Source of the DNA: Chiloscyllium plagiosum | Taxonomy: Eukaryota | Assembly: GCF_004010195.1 (NCBI RefSeq) | Contig: NC_057750.1 | Coordinates: 7,771,946 to 7,835,945 of the forward strand | Direction: 5' to 3' | Length of the DNA: 64,000 bases | In this document: positions 51,163 through 63,192 of the stretch, piece after piece | Position numbering within the stretch: the first letter of the stretch is position 1 | Layout: each line of letters opens with the position of its first letter | Made by a program: the position numbers and the translations under genes | The notes under the pieces: model-generated | Told to the model about the DNA's origin: nothing | Database searches by the model: none | What the model saw: the letters and a program-made list of their open reading frames with translations, nothing else

Positions 51163-51338
51163 TTTTTGGCAGGAACTGTTTTCTGCAGGTTCCACAGCTT
51201 CAGAGTACGATCCTCAGAAGCAGTAATGAGCACAGGCTCCACTGGGTGAAACGCCAATGCACGGATCCCATCAAAATGGCTCCGCAATGTATACTTCGGA
51301 TTCCAGGTTTTCCTGAAGGCATCTTTGCAATCAGAAAT
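51163..51338 (-). CDS. STRN4: STRN4 exon, first WD40 repeat (ISDCKDAFRKTWNPKYTLRSHFDGIRALAFHPVEPVLITASEDRTLKLWNLQKTVPAK)
   Basis: ttgcAG acceptor, AA|GTAAT donor. 176 nt, phase 0/2. Near-invariant striatin WD40 sequence. Confidence 0.96.
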
Positions 51339-52099
51339 CTGCAAAGAGGAAGTCAAAGTCTGATGAAGGGTCATTGACATGAAACATTGACTTTTTTTTC
51401 TCTCCCACTTTAGATGCTGCCCAAACTGCTGAGTATTCCAACAATTTCTGTTTTGATTTAAGACACATTCCTGGCTATGTTTGCAAAGTTCCCTCTTCCA
51501 AAGAATTGATAGCATTTCTGACTGATGGATAGCACTCTCGAGTGGGCTAGGAGGAGCCTTGTGAAACAAGTAACATTTAGCCTCCATTGCAATGCAGCAT
51601 TAGATTTTTAAAGTTTCAACTGTTTTGGAAAATATTAGCCACATTCTAGAGTTGCATTTGGGTTGTTGTAATTGAGCCTGTTGCCCTAGGCTTTGGGATG
51701 TGGATGAAAAAGCTGCTTCACACTTTCAATCACTGCTCACTAACTCAGCTAAAACACGTGGAATAAGATCATATTTCAGCCGGGATGTCCTGTATGGCTT
51801 TTAGTCTGTGCCTGGACTTGCTCATCCATGCAGAATAGCCACAAGGTTGAGGACAGGAACTGAACACCAGCAAGAGCCAACGAGAGCGAATAAAAATTTT
51901 TAAGATGGTACAAAAAGTGCTTTCCCTTCTAGTTTAATGTAGTTAATGCTTCAAAATTCATGAGTCCTAATGATGCAAATTTAAGATTAAAATCTTAATC
52001 TGTGGGTAAGGAAGGGCAGATTTAAAAAAAAAATAAGGTGCTTTTAAGAGCTTTTTAGGCTTAATGTCACTGAAGGCATTCAAGAGACACAGTGTAAGA

Positions 52100-54950
52100 G
52101 TTAGTAGATTAAGAGAGGTGGTTACACAGCTGGATCAGTCAGATAGATGGGTGACTGTCAGGAAAGGTAAGCAGGTAGTTTATACATCTCCTGTGGCTAT
52201 TCCTGTCTCAGATATTCCATTTTGGGTACGTTTAAAGGAGACAGCTTCTCAGAGGAAAACAGAAGTGGCAGTCAGATACTAAGATTGAATCTTGTATTAA
52301 GCTGGGTTTGTCGAGATTGAAAAGAATAATTGTTATTGGGCACTCTCCTGTCAGGGACATGCAGAGGAGAGTCTGCAACCATAAGTGTGAATCTAGGATA
52401 GTATGTTGCCTTCTTGGTATCATAGTTAAGGGCATCTCAAAACGGTTTAAGCATACTGTGAAAGGGGAGAGAGAAAAGCTGGATGTTGTTGCATGCATTG
52501 GTAGGAACAACAGAGTTAGGGAAATGGTTAAGGCTTTGCAGAGTGAATATAACAGGTTAGGTAGAAGGTTAAAAAGCAGAACCTCAAAAGGTAATAATCT
52601 CTGGTTTACTCCTGGTGTCACATTCTCAAGACAGTAGGAATAAAAAGACAGGGAAGGCAAATCAATGGCTGAAGAGATGGTGCAATGCATACTGTGATGT
52701 TTGGATCATTGTGATCTCTTCTGGGGTGGAAAAGACCTGCTCACCTGAACTGGAAAGGGACCAATATCCTGATGGGGAATTTGGTTGTTCTATTTCAGGA
52801 GCTGAATGTAGGTTTGCTCGCTGAGCTGGAAGGTTCGTTTTCAGACATTTCATCCCCATACTAGGTAACATCATCAGTGAGCCTCCGGATGAAGCACTGG
52901 TGGTATGGTCTACTTTCTACTTATGCATGTGTTTGAGTTTCCTGAAGTTGGTAATGTCATTTCCTGTTCTTTTTCTCAGGGGGTGGTAAATGAGATCCAA
53001 ATCAATGTGTTTGTTGATAGAATTAAGGTTGGAATGCCATGCTTCTAGGAATTCTCGTGAGTGCTTCTGTTTGGTTTGTCCTAGGATGGATGTGTTGTCC
53101 CAGTCGAAGTGGTGTCCTTCCTCATCTGAACGTAAGGGTACTAGTGAGAGTGGGTCATGTCTTTTTGTGGCTAGGTGATGCTCATGTATCCTGGTGGCTA
53201 GTTTTCTGCCTGTTTGTCCAATGTAATGTTTTGTTACAGTTCTTACATTAATGACAATAGTTTTGCTTGTTGTCTTCCACTGGGGTGGGGGAGGGTGGAA
53301 GGCCCAGTAAATATGGGTATAATAATCGTTGCTCCCATGGACAGGAGCCTTGGAGGAGGTGCGGCGAGTGAAATAATGTATTATAGTACAATGTAGTGCA
53401 ATTTACATTTAGTGGATTGTAGTGTAATTTAATGTTATTTTATTTAATTTGGGTTTCTGCTAATTTGGTTTAAGTAAATATGAGATGACTGTATCTTGAA
53501 GAATAGTAGGCATTTTATTGTCAACGTTACTGTAATATAATAGTACAATATTATTTTTACTTTTCTGTACTTTTGTACTTTTATAACTTTGTTTATTTGT
53601 AAGAGTGAAAATATTTTTTCCATTAAATATATACATTTAAAAAAAGGCTATAAGGAGAAGCCTGGGACTTGGAGACCTGAGAGTCTGACATCAATGGTTT
53701 ATATGTTGTTGGAGGTGATTCTGAAAGATAGGATTTACATACATTGGAGAGGCAAGGACTGATTAGAGATAGTCAGCAGTGTTTTGTGCAAAGGAAATAA
53801 TGTTTTACAAACTTGATTGAATGTTTTGAGGAAGTAATATCGATAAGGACAGAGCAGCAAATATTGTTGACATGGATTTTAGTGAAGCCTTTGATAAGGT
53901 TCCACATTGGTAGACTGATTAATAAAATTAGATCACATGCGATTCAGCGTTAGCTTGCCAATTAGATACAAAATTCATCAGACGGTACCAGACAGAGGGT
54001 GGTGGTGGAGGGCTGTTTTTTGGACTGGAAGTCTGTGACCAGCAATGTTCCATGGTGATTGGTACTGGGTCCACTTTTGTTTGTCATTTAGATAAAGAGT
54101 TGGATGAGAATATGGGATGCATAGGTGTTAGTAAGTTTGCAGATGACACCACAGTGGACAGTGAAGGAGGTTATCTCAGATTAGAAAGAAATCCTGATCA
54201 ATTAGGTCAATGGACTGAGGAGTGGCAGATGCAGTTTGTTTTATGAAATGCAAGGGCAGGATTTCTACAATTAATGGCAGAGCTGAAAGATTTAAGGGTT
54301 CAGATTCATAATTCTGAAATTTGCATCAAATGGAGACAGGGTGGTTACGGTGGCATTTAGCCCCCCTGCCTTCACTGCTCAAATCTTAGAGTAGAGGAGT
54401 TGGGATGTCATGTTGAGGTTTTACAGGACATTGGTGAGGCCTCGTCTGGAGTACTGCATGCAGTTCTGCTTGCCCTGGGATATTATTAAATTGGAGAGGG
54501 TTCAGAAAATATTTATTGGGATACTGGCGAGAATGGAGGGTTTGAATTACAAACTAGTCTAAGAGTTTTCCACTGGAACATAGGAGATTGAGGGGTAACT
54601 TCATAGAGGTTTATAAAATCAAGAGGGGCATAGATAAGGTGAATAGCAAGGGTCTTTTCCCTAGGATAGAATAGTTCAAAACTAGCGGGCATATTTTTAA
54701 CGTGAGAGGAGAAAGGACATGAGGGGACAATTTTTTTTTTTTTTACACACAGAATGGTACATCTGGAGAATGAACTGCCAGAGAATGTGGTGGATACAGG
54801 TACAGTTACAACATTTAAAAGACATTTGGATAAGTTCAAGAACAGGAAAGTTTTGGAGGGATATGGGCCAAGTGCAGGCAAATGGGACTAGTTTAGTTTG
54901 GGAACATAGTTGGCAATGACTAGCTTTTCTGAAAGGTCTGTATCCATGCT
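52100..54950 (+). mobile_element. Composite: CR1 ORF1 esterase relic (52100-52795), PLE family C (52800-53245, minus), L1 3'UTR/A-tail (53250-53646), CR1 ORF2 RT relic (53647-54950)
   Basis: RWVTVRKGK and IVIGHSPVR...SRIVCCLLG (GDSL/SGNH-like). 52800-53245 matches 5136-5645. SKFADDT RT motif. Confidence 0.8.
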
Positions 54951-55024
54951 GACAAACTGGAAATTCACTTGCAACATTTCAAGCTAAATTTTGTTAAGAA
55001 CTTCAGTTTTTGAAAACTACTTAC

Positions 55025-55146
55025 ATCATTGTCATTAGTGACAGTCAGGTCTGCCAGCTCACCAAGGCTCATATCGCCATCTCCAGCATTATCCGCCCCC
55101 AGTATAAATGGCTTGTTAGCATGTGGGGGAAATACAAGAGGGACAC
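55025..55146 (-). CDS. STRN4: STRN4 exon (VPLVFPPHANKPFILGADNAGDGDMSLGELADLTVTNDND); not in the ORF track
   Basis: tacAG acceptor, GAT|GTAAGT donor. 122 nt, phase 1/0. SLG(D/E)LADLTVTNDND is conserved in striatins. Confidence 0.92.
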
Positions 55147-56513
55147 CTGTATCGGAAACAAAGCAAGCAGCATCAGAGTATTAGTAAGTGTTTTGTCATC
55201 AGTACTCCACTGAGAGGATATGTAGGACATGCACGTACTGCTACTATATTAATCCCACATTATTCCTTTTAATGAGAAATTATGTGGTCCCAACAGCACA
55301 AGTAACTGAGTTTGATTGAATTAAGTGGTTTGAAGCCGCATTACTAGAGACAGCCACCACCTCTAAAGGGTGATTTTACCAAACATGCAAATTCAGCTGT
55401 GTAATAGTTCAGCTTCTTCTGTTCCACAAGTGGGGTAACTGAGTTGCTCCTATCCTCACTGGGATTGCATTAGGATTGCTCTGGGGTATGCACAAACAAA
55501 GTCATGTGTTGGCCGCTCTTTTCTCAGCAATCAGTTGTACGCCATCACATTTTCAGAATTAACTCCAGTTGAAATCTGCTAAATATGTGCAGCATGCATA
55601 CTGAATTAGAAGCTTACTGCTTGGATGGCTCACAATCAAAGGTTGTACAGATCTTTACCACTCCTTACATACCAAATGATTATGCAACAATGTCAATTCT
55701 TTCTCAACTGCATAGGAATCCCAGTTATGTCTTCAGATGCTGGGAAAAATATGAAGATTTTATCCCCAAAAAATCTTAAACCACAAAGTAAAATATTTTA
55801 AAATACTTCACAAGAAATATTGTTTGTGCAGGCATGATTCATGAGGAAAGTTCCAGGCATGAGGAACTTTAATCCCATGGATAAATTACAGAAACTGAGA
55901 TTGTTGTCCTGACAGAAGGTCGGGTGGGTATTTTGACAGAACTGCTCAAAATCACAAGGACCCTGGATAAAATACACAGGGAGAAAAAGTGTTGCTAGAG
56001 GCCAGAGGGCATCTACTTACGGCAGCAATAGCAGCAAGAAGGAAAACACTTTTCTGTAGCAGATAGTTAGGATCTGGATTGCTCTGTTTGAGGATCCATT
56101 GGAAGCAGATTCAATCATGAATTCCAAAAGGGAATTGCATTATTATCTGAACACAGAATCCTTACAATGTGGAAGCAGGCCTTTCAGCCCATCGAGTCCA
56201 CAGTGACCATCCAAAGAGCATCCCACCCAGAACCCACCCCCTCCCCTATGAAAGAAATTTCCAGGGTTATATGGAAGGGGTAGAGAGAGTAGAACTAGGC
56301 AAATTGCATTTGCAGAAAGCTGACACAAACACGATGAATGGCCTCCTTCAGTGGTGTAACCATTTTGTGATTCTGTGAACATTGCACTGCGTCATAAGAA
56401 TGTCATCTCAGGAACTATCTAATAGATATAAACTGCTGGGCTATCATCTGATGCTCTTCAGTTACTTTTGGGGATTCGGTATTTCAATTATTTTTGCAAA
56501 GAAATACTGCTAC

Positions 56514-56618
56514 CTTCGCTTGCCTTAGGTTGACCGATCATTCCAGCTGGAATAGAAGGCAAGCCATCAATGTCTGTAAAATTAGTCAACACATCTTGAA
56601 GCTTAGAGCGGTGATTTC
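56514..56618 (-). CDS. STRN4: STRN4 exon (GNHRSKLQDVLTNFTDIDGLPSIPAGMIGQPKASE); not in the ORF track
   Basis: cacAG acceptor, G|GTAGCA donor. 105 nt, phase 1/1. Resembles STRN4 RVKLQGILADLRDVDGLP...QPRPHE. Confidence 0.88.
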
Positions 56619-57134
56619 CTGTGAATGCAATCATGGATTAAACATTATACAAAAATCAGCAGAAAGGGTTTTATGCATTATTTTAGATGGCTGCACAATC
56701 TCAACGCTTACAAAAAGACAAACCCAGCCCTTCTGGTTATGGTGGGTGAGATCAATTAATGTAGCAAAAACAGTGCCTGAACCGGAGACATTCTAGTTTG
56801 CATGGTCCAGTTCCACATCTGAGTGACTTTATTGACTGAGCTACTGGCTTAACCCCTTTGCTTTTAACTATTCTGAGACAAACATTATTGCTTTCCACTT
56901 CTCCTCCCCTCCATCCTATCACAAATCTCTGATTTCATTCTTCCACCCCATACTTTAAACTTGCTTAAAATCCATTACATTTCTGTATTCCTTCAGTTCT
57001 AAAGAAAGGTCCTGGATCTGAAATCTACGTCTCTTTCCACAAGTGGTCTGACCACAAGTATTTCCAGCATTTTCTATTTTTATTCTGAATTTGCAGCACC
57101 CACAATATTTTGCATTTTTTTTTTTACAGTGACT

Positions 57135-57342
57135 AGGAGAAAGGGAGGACTGCAGATGCTGACTATCAGAGTAGAAAAGTCTGGTGCTGAGAAGCACAGC
57201 AGGTCAGGCAGCATCCGAGGAGCAGGAGAATCGACATTTCAGGCATAAGCCCTTCATCAGGAATGATTATGCCCAAAACGTCGATTCTCCTGCTCCTCGG
57301 ATATGCCTGACTTGCTGTGCTTTCCAGCGCCACACTTTGACT
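57135..57342. mobile_element. Fold-back PLE (family B) 53 nt from a STRN4 splice donor
   Basis: Inverted arms. Minus-strand CTGATGA-A-GGGC-TTAT-GCCT-GAAATGTC. Confidence 0.8.
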
Positions 57343-57394
57343 TTTATATACAATTCCCTCAGATGGCAAATTCTAGATTCGGTCTTATTTTTAC

Positions 57395-57536
57395 CTAGCT
57401 CTTTGTCATCCCTCAAACTTCTGGAATCTTCACCCCTTTCCTCTTCCTCTCCAGTCTCCAGGAAGTGAAATTCACTCAAAGCATCCACTGTTTCACAGTC
57501 CATGGCAGGATCAGCAGCTGTTATCTCGGTGCCTAT
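57395..57536 (-). CDS. STRN4: STRN4 exon (IGTEITAADPAMDCETVDALSEFHFLETGEEEERGEDSRSLRDDKEL)
   Basis: ctacAG acceptor, G|GTAAAA donor. 142 nt, phase 0/1. DALSEFHFL corresponds to the striatin (D/E)A(I/L)xEFDFL motif. Confidence 0.9.
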
Positions 57537-58530
57537 CTGTAGTAGTACACATATCACAAATAAGGTAAGTTTGTAATTCTTTTGGAAATCAAGCAAATGC
57601 ATTGATGTGAGGGGCCACCAAATCCTAAAGTGATCTTCTTGCTCAGCTCACAGAAAAAATGGATTTTCAAATGGACTGTTGCTTGGGATGTTGACACTCA
57701 GGTAGGAGCACAGGAGATACTGTGCAGTTCACTCAACCCATTTCAAACGTTAATGTACATTCACTCACACCTCTATCCATTTAAGTCACCATTAACTATA
57801 TTTGCTACCATCTGCTTGCAGGGTCTTGCCTTGCAGCTTAGCTCATAATCTTAATATTTTCTCAATTCTTCTTCAACCTTTCTCATCAGACGTGACATTA
57901 TTTTATCATCAAGAATGCGTCTAGGCTTCTAATTTTCCTTTTCCAGAGATGAGGAGGATCACTCTCAGTCTCTGCTCCAGTGATTTCTCAACTCACAACA
58001 TACATGGTCAGCATTTGGAAACCAAAGAACAGTCCTCAGTCTATGTAAGCTAGAACTCAGCAAAACGAGGTTCAATAAAACCCTGTAACCTTTTTGTTTA
58101 AAAAAAAAGGGTGTCACTACTTTTAAACGAGCTTCTTGCTTCAAGGAATGCATGTAACCAAACACTTGGGCCCATTGGGAAAAGTTCTTCAAATTTATTA
58201 TTTAGCAGTCTGCAAATGCAAATGGCAAGGTGACAGCTTTTACACAGCTCACTTTTAATTCACTACACACAGTTCTGCTTACATATTCTTCACTTACCCA
58301 AACAACAAGCAATGACACTAGTTTTATGTGGCCAATTATACAAAAGCCTTTTAAAAATACAACTTTTGAAATTTATGCAGCATTAATAAATACCAGAACA
58401 TTTTCTCATTGCCTGGAAGTGGCTCTCAGGATCATACTTACAAATTCAATTCAAAAACCAAACTATGCATGGAAATTTTCTATGGATGGGTAATCATAAC
58501 AGTTAGAAAACCAAATGCATCAATAACTAC

Positions 58531-58690
58531 CCTTTGTTTCTTGCTTAGCCTCTGTGTGACTGAGAGTTCTGAATGAACACTGTCCAATTCGTCATCATCC
58601 TCATCACTATCATCATCCACATTCTGGAGGAAAGGCATCTTCTCCAGTACTGATTTTCGTAGGCTATCTCGAGATTCACTGCCTGCATTT
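58531..58690 (-). CDS. STRN4: STRN4 exon (NAGSESRDSLRKSVLEKMPFLQNVDDDSDEDDDELDSV...KKQR)
   Basis: ttaAG acceptor, AGG|GTAGTT donor. 160 nt, phase 2/0. Resembles human STRN4 SVLGQIPFLQNCEDEDSDEDDELDSVQHKKQR (from memory). Confidence 0.92.
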
Positions 58691-58809
58691 CTTAACATGA
58701 AAAAGAACACACCACAGTCAACACAAAAGAACAGTAATTAAGAGAGCAAATTACAACTTATTTTTCATTGTCTAATTCCCAATTAGAGGCTAATTCTTAC
58801 ACGAAAACA

Positions 58810-59290
58810 AAGAAATACAAGGAAGAGTAGATGGTTCTTGAGCTTGCTCAACCATTCAAATGATCATGGTCAAAAAGAGGTCAGCCTGTACTTCATATTT
58901 CTGCCTGCCCCCATCCCCCACCCCATCAGCCCTGACTGCTTTGCAGATCAAAACCTGGTCCAGTTCAGACCTTAATATATTCAAATAACCCATCCTTTAT
59001 TGATTGGAGGGATCCCAAGATTAATTATTTTGAGAAATTCCTCATCCTCTCAACCTTAAATAGGAGACCTCTTTACTATGAAACTTTACCCCAAGTTCAC
59101 AAGATGAAACATTAATCAACATGTAACATGTCAAGCTCCTTCAGAACATTATGCTTCAATTATATCACCACTCATTTATCTAAACTCCAGTATAGGCCCA
59201 AACTGCTCAATCTTTCCTTATAAGGCAACCTTTCCATCCCAGGAATCAGCCAAGTCACCTTCTCTGAACTGCTTCCATTGCAAATATAGC
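58810..59290 (-). mobile_element. Old CR1 3' fragment
   Basis: Degenerate similarity to other CR1 tails. Confidence 0.6.
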
Positions 59291-61134
59291 ACTCCTGGGA
59301 ATAAACTTGAGACTTAGAAAGGAATCTGGCAGATATAGTGGACTACAGTTTTAGTGACTAGACAACAGTTCCATTAATGCAGCTGTATCAAAAACAAACA
59401 CGTACACTAAAGGATGTGTTTAATAGCCTTTACTCGCAAGTCTCTCTGGTCTGTTATCCCTCTCTGCAAATCGCCCAGGTAGAAGTGGAATTTCTTGGCC
59501 TGCTGAATGCAGCTCAGCGGTATCAGTGTATAATCAATATTTTATTTCAACTGTAGAAGTGGTCTGGTATCATAGGAAGTAGGATGGATGTGAGGCAAAC
59601 TCATAGCTCTCCATGTTGTTTTGCTACATCTTTCTCTCTCCATTATTTCAAAAGTTAATTAAATGTACCTGATACCCGCAAGCTTAAATTAAAACTTAAT
59701 GCAAAATTGAATTGAAAGGCAAGTTTAATGTCGGGCATCACTCTAGGTGTCAGTCTCTGAAGCTCACATCGCCACCGAATTGAAAAACACAGTTAATACA
59801 AGCAGCTCCAGGGGCTTTTTTTTGTAAACGCTTCCAAGTTTCAGTTCCATATGTTTGCAGATATCCAATTTAAATTACCACTCCTTTTCCAGCAAGTACT
59901 TGCAGGCAGTTTGATCTTAACCTGATTGGCTGTCAGTGCACATGCTTTTATCAGGTATCACCACGCTTAGGGGCAAGAGACATGGCTGTTTTTGTGCCCC
60001 CTAAGCACTGAGAACACTGATGATTTCCACTGTCTCCTTTTTGCATGCCTGACTGTCAGCACATCAAAATGATGTATGCAGTAAACTTCGGCCAACTCAG
60101 CCAAAGGAAGAATTAATACTTTTGATAGAAGTAATTACCAAGGGGGGCAGTGAAAAGTCAGGGGGAAATGCAGGTGTTGAATTAAAATCAGAAGTCACGA
60201 TCTTACTGAATGGTAGGCACTCTTAAAGGGCCAAGCAATTTACTCTTGTACCTTGTTCTTAAGTTATTTTTAATCAATCTATTTGGACATGCTATGACAT
60301 AACCCAGGACAGGTGGGTCTTGAATCCAGAGCTCGTGGTACAGAGGGAGATACACTATCACTGTGCCACAATACAACCAAGCAGTATTGCCTTGATTTAT
60401 TTGCAGACTGTCGTGTTAAAAATAACAAGGACTATTAAAAAAACGTAATAATATGCTTTTGGCACCATAGCCACCACCTTGCAGAGCAAACATATTAGCC
60501 ATCTGTTTCAAACCACAAGAATCCTTCCTTATGTGCTGCATTATCCCCCCAGCTGAATCACAGAAAAAAAACCTTCCCTATCTCCCAATGTGACTTCTGG
60601 TAATGCATACTACATTAAACCTTCCCAAAAAAAGACTGTTAAATGATTGTTGGAGCTCAGTGATTATTATAACATTCAAATGAAAGGGCTAGTCAACTAA
60701 CAGGAGAGGAGTGCCAAACGTTAATAGATGAAGAGCCACTAATCTAAAAAGGTTCAAGTCCCAGCTAACTGTGTTCCTCCAGATGAATTCAAAACAAAAT
60801 GATTTTTTTCCCCATACTTAATTAAATTCTCTCTTTCCAACTTCTTCTCGTCCTCCTTCCACATTCCAAAAGTAGCTTGCTCTCAAGCTTCTGACAACAT
60901 CAGTTTGTGAGGAGACAGAAAAGGTGTGTAAAAGAAACCAGAGGTCATTGCCAAACACTACTTTGTGCTCAAAGCAGCTTCACTATTGATCATGATCAAG
61001 AATGAGAAGTGCACTAATAAGCTATTGTCTTGTCATGCCTCCAAGATTTGTGGTTGTGTTAGATGAATCCCATAGATGTTCACAGTTCAGGGAACTAGAA
61101 ACTACCAGAAAATAAGTCTGAGTCAGGCATTCAC

Positions 61135-61314
61135 CTTTTGATCTGTTCTTCTATTTGCTTAACTAATGGTGAATCTCCTCCATTTAGGATCTGTCCCAAA
61201 CTGTTGGACTCTGCTGCTCCATTGTGCTCTGGGCTGGAATGGCCCAACATGGATCGGACCCGTTTTGTCCGCACATCCAAGATAGTGTCAGTATAACCCA
61301 CTTCTTGCAAATAT
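61135..61314 (-). CDS. STRN4: Striatin-4-like coding exon (first in window; end of the calmodulin-binding region, YLQEVGYTDTILDVRTKRVRSMLG...VKQIEEQIK)
   Basis: Acceptor ttttAG (61315-16), donor AG|GTGA (61133-34). 180 nt, phase 2/2. YLxEVGYTDTILD is a striatin-family signature. LVKQIEEQIKR matches STRN4 as I recall it. Confidence 0.93.
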
Positions 61315-62009
61315 CTAAAAGCACAGCACACAGTTCAATTAGACGCATATAATCTACAAGCAACAGTACAACATCATCATGAAGGGGTTTGCATATTTTA
61401 ATCCACCTTTTATTTAGAATTATACAATTCTTTCCTGTAAGTAGAATCATTAATTTAAAAGGCCGTTTCATGCATATGAAATGGAAACCATCAAGCATCA
61501 GAGTATTCATGAGCAGCAAAGTTTAAAATAGCAAACTGTCAAATTATGAGAGTTCTGAACTTGACAGTAAAAAAGGAAGATTAGGAAAGTTTTGTTAGGA
61601 GATTTCAAAAGGAATGCACCACAGAAAAGGCAGTTAGAGAAGGAAGTTCCAGAGGAGGATCGCTATAACCATTTTTAAGAGGCCAGAATCAGACCGAATG
61701 GAGCGGGTTAGATTGTTGTAAGTCATTAATATAATGCATTAGCAAAACATCAAAGCTAAATAAAAAGTTAACATTTGGAAATTTGAGTAAAAGTCACACC
61801 ATGAATTTGCATCATGGACAGTCATTAAAACAGCTTCACTCTGTAGAACACAATGAACAACATAAATTTAAGAGAATCACCTCAATTCTCAAATGAATTT
61901 TATCTTGGGAATGAAATTATAGACCAGAATATGCACATTTACTAAAGGATTTCATTTTTGTAGTTACCATTAATTCCAGTTAATTATCTGTGATACTCCT
62001 GGGTTTGAT

Positions 62010-62595
62010 GTCATAGAAGTATAGAGAGGTACAGCATGGAAACAGACCAGTTGGTCCAACTCGTCCATGCCGACCATATCCTAAATTAATCTAGTTCCAT
62101 TTGCCAACACTTGGTCCGTGTCCCTCTAAACCCTTCCTATTCATATACCCATCTAGATGCCTTTTAAATGCTGTAATTGTTCCAGCCTCCACCACTTTCT
62201 CTGGCAGATCATTCCATACAAACACCACCCTCTATGTGAAAAAGTCGTCCTTTAGCCCGTTTTAAATCTTTCCCCTCTCACCCTAAACCTTTGCCCTCTT
62301 GTTCTGGACTTCCCTACCCTGGGGAAAAGACCTAGTCTATTTATACTATCCACATCCCTCATGATTTTATAAACCTCTATAAGGTCACCCCTCAGCCTCC
62401 GACACTCCAGAGAAAACTCCAGCCTATTCAGCCTCTCCCTGTAGCTCAAATCTTACAACCCTGGCAACATCCTAGTAAATCATTTCTGAACCCTTTCAAG
62501 TTTCATAACATCCTTCCATAGGAGGGAGGCCAGCACTGCACACAATATTCCAAAAATGGCCTAACCAATGTCCTGTACAGCTGCAACATGACCTG
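62010..62595 (-). mobile_element. CR1 LINE 3' fragment
   Basis: ORF 62252-62449 SYRERLNRL...[14 protein letters not shown]. Confidence 0.9.
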
Positions 62596-63192
62596 TGATG
62601 TATCTCATTTCCTTGTTCTGGTAAACTACCACCCATCTTGAATCTTTGTTTCCTCTTCATGCACACTGAACATGTTATCTTTGAAAATAGTGCCCATGTT
62701 TCCAGATGTTTATATCTGAAACCCTCTCATAATATTTCCTTAGCACTCAGCACTGAAATGGCCCTATTCAGTCATAAATGGCATTTCACTTGTCTGTGGT
62801 TAGCTATCCCTCCTGATCTTCTCCAATCCGTTTTAATGGCCTGGTTGACCATACCATCATCCCTCAAAGCCTCCTCTTCATTGTCCATTTGGGTGGTACT
62901 GTCCTTGTTGGATGGGCTGTCCACGTCTGAGCCTACCCTTATCCGTTCACTTGTGGCTAAAGAATAACCTGTAATCATTTCATCTTCTGCTTCTGCACCA
63001 TTACTTATGGAATCCACATTGGATCTCTCCTTAGCTTCCTCCTCTTTCTTATCCATGTGCTATCCTTCTGTAACATCATCTGACAATTCAATATCAGGTT
63101 CCACTTGCATTCTTGCACATAACATCCAGTTGTACCTTGGCACCACCCCCCTTGGCCTTCACTCTCACCCTACGATTTGTCAGGAAAACTAG

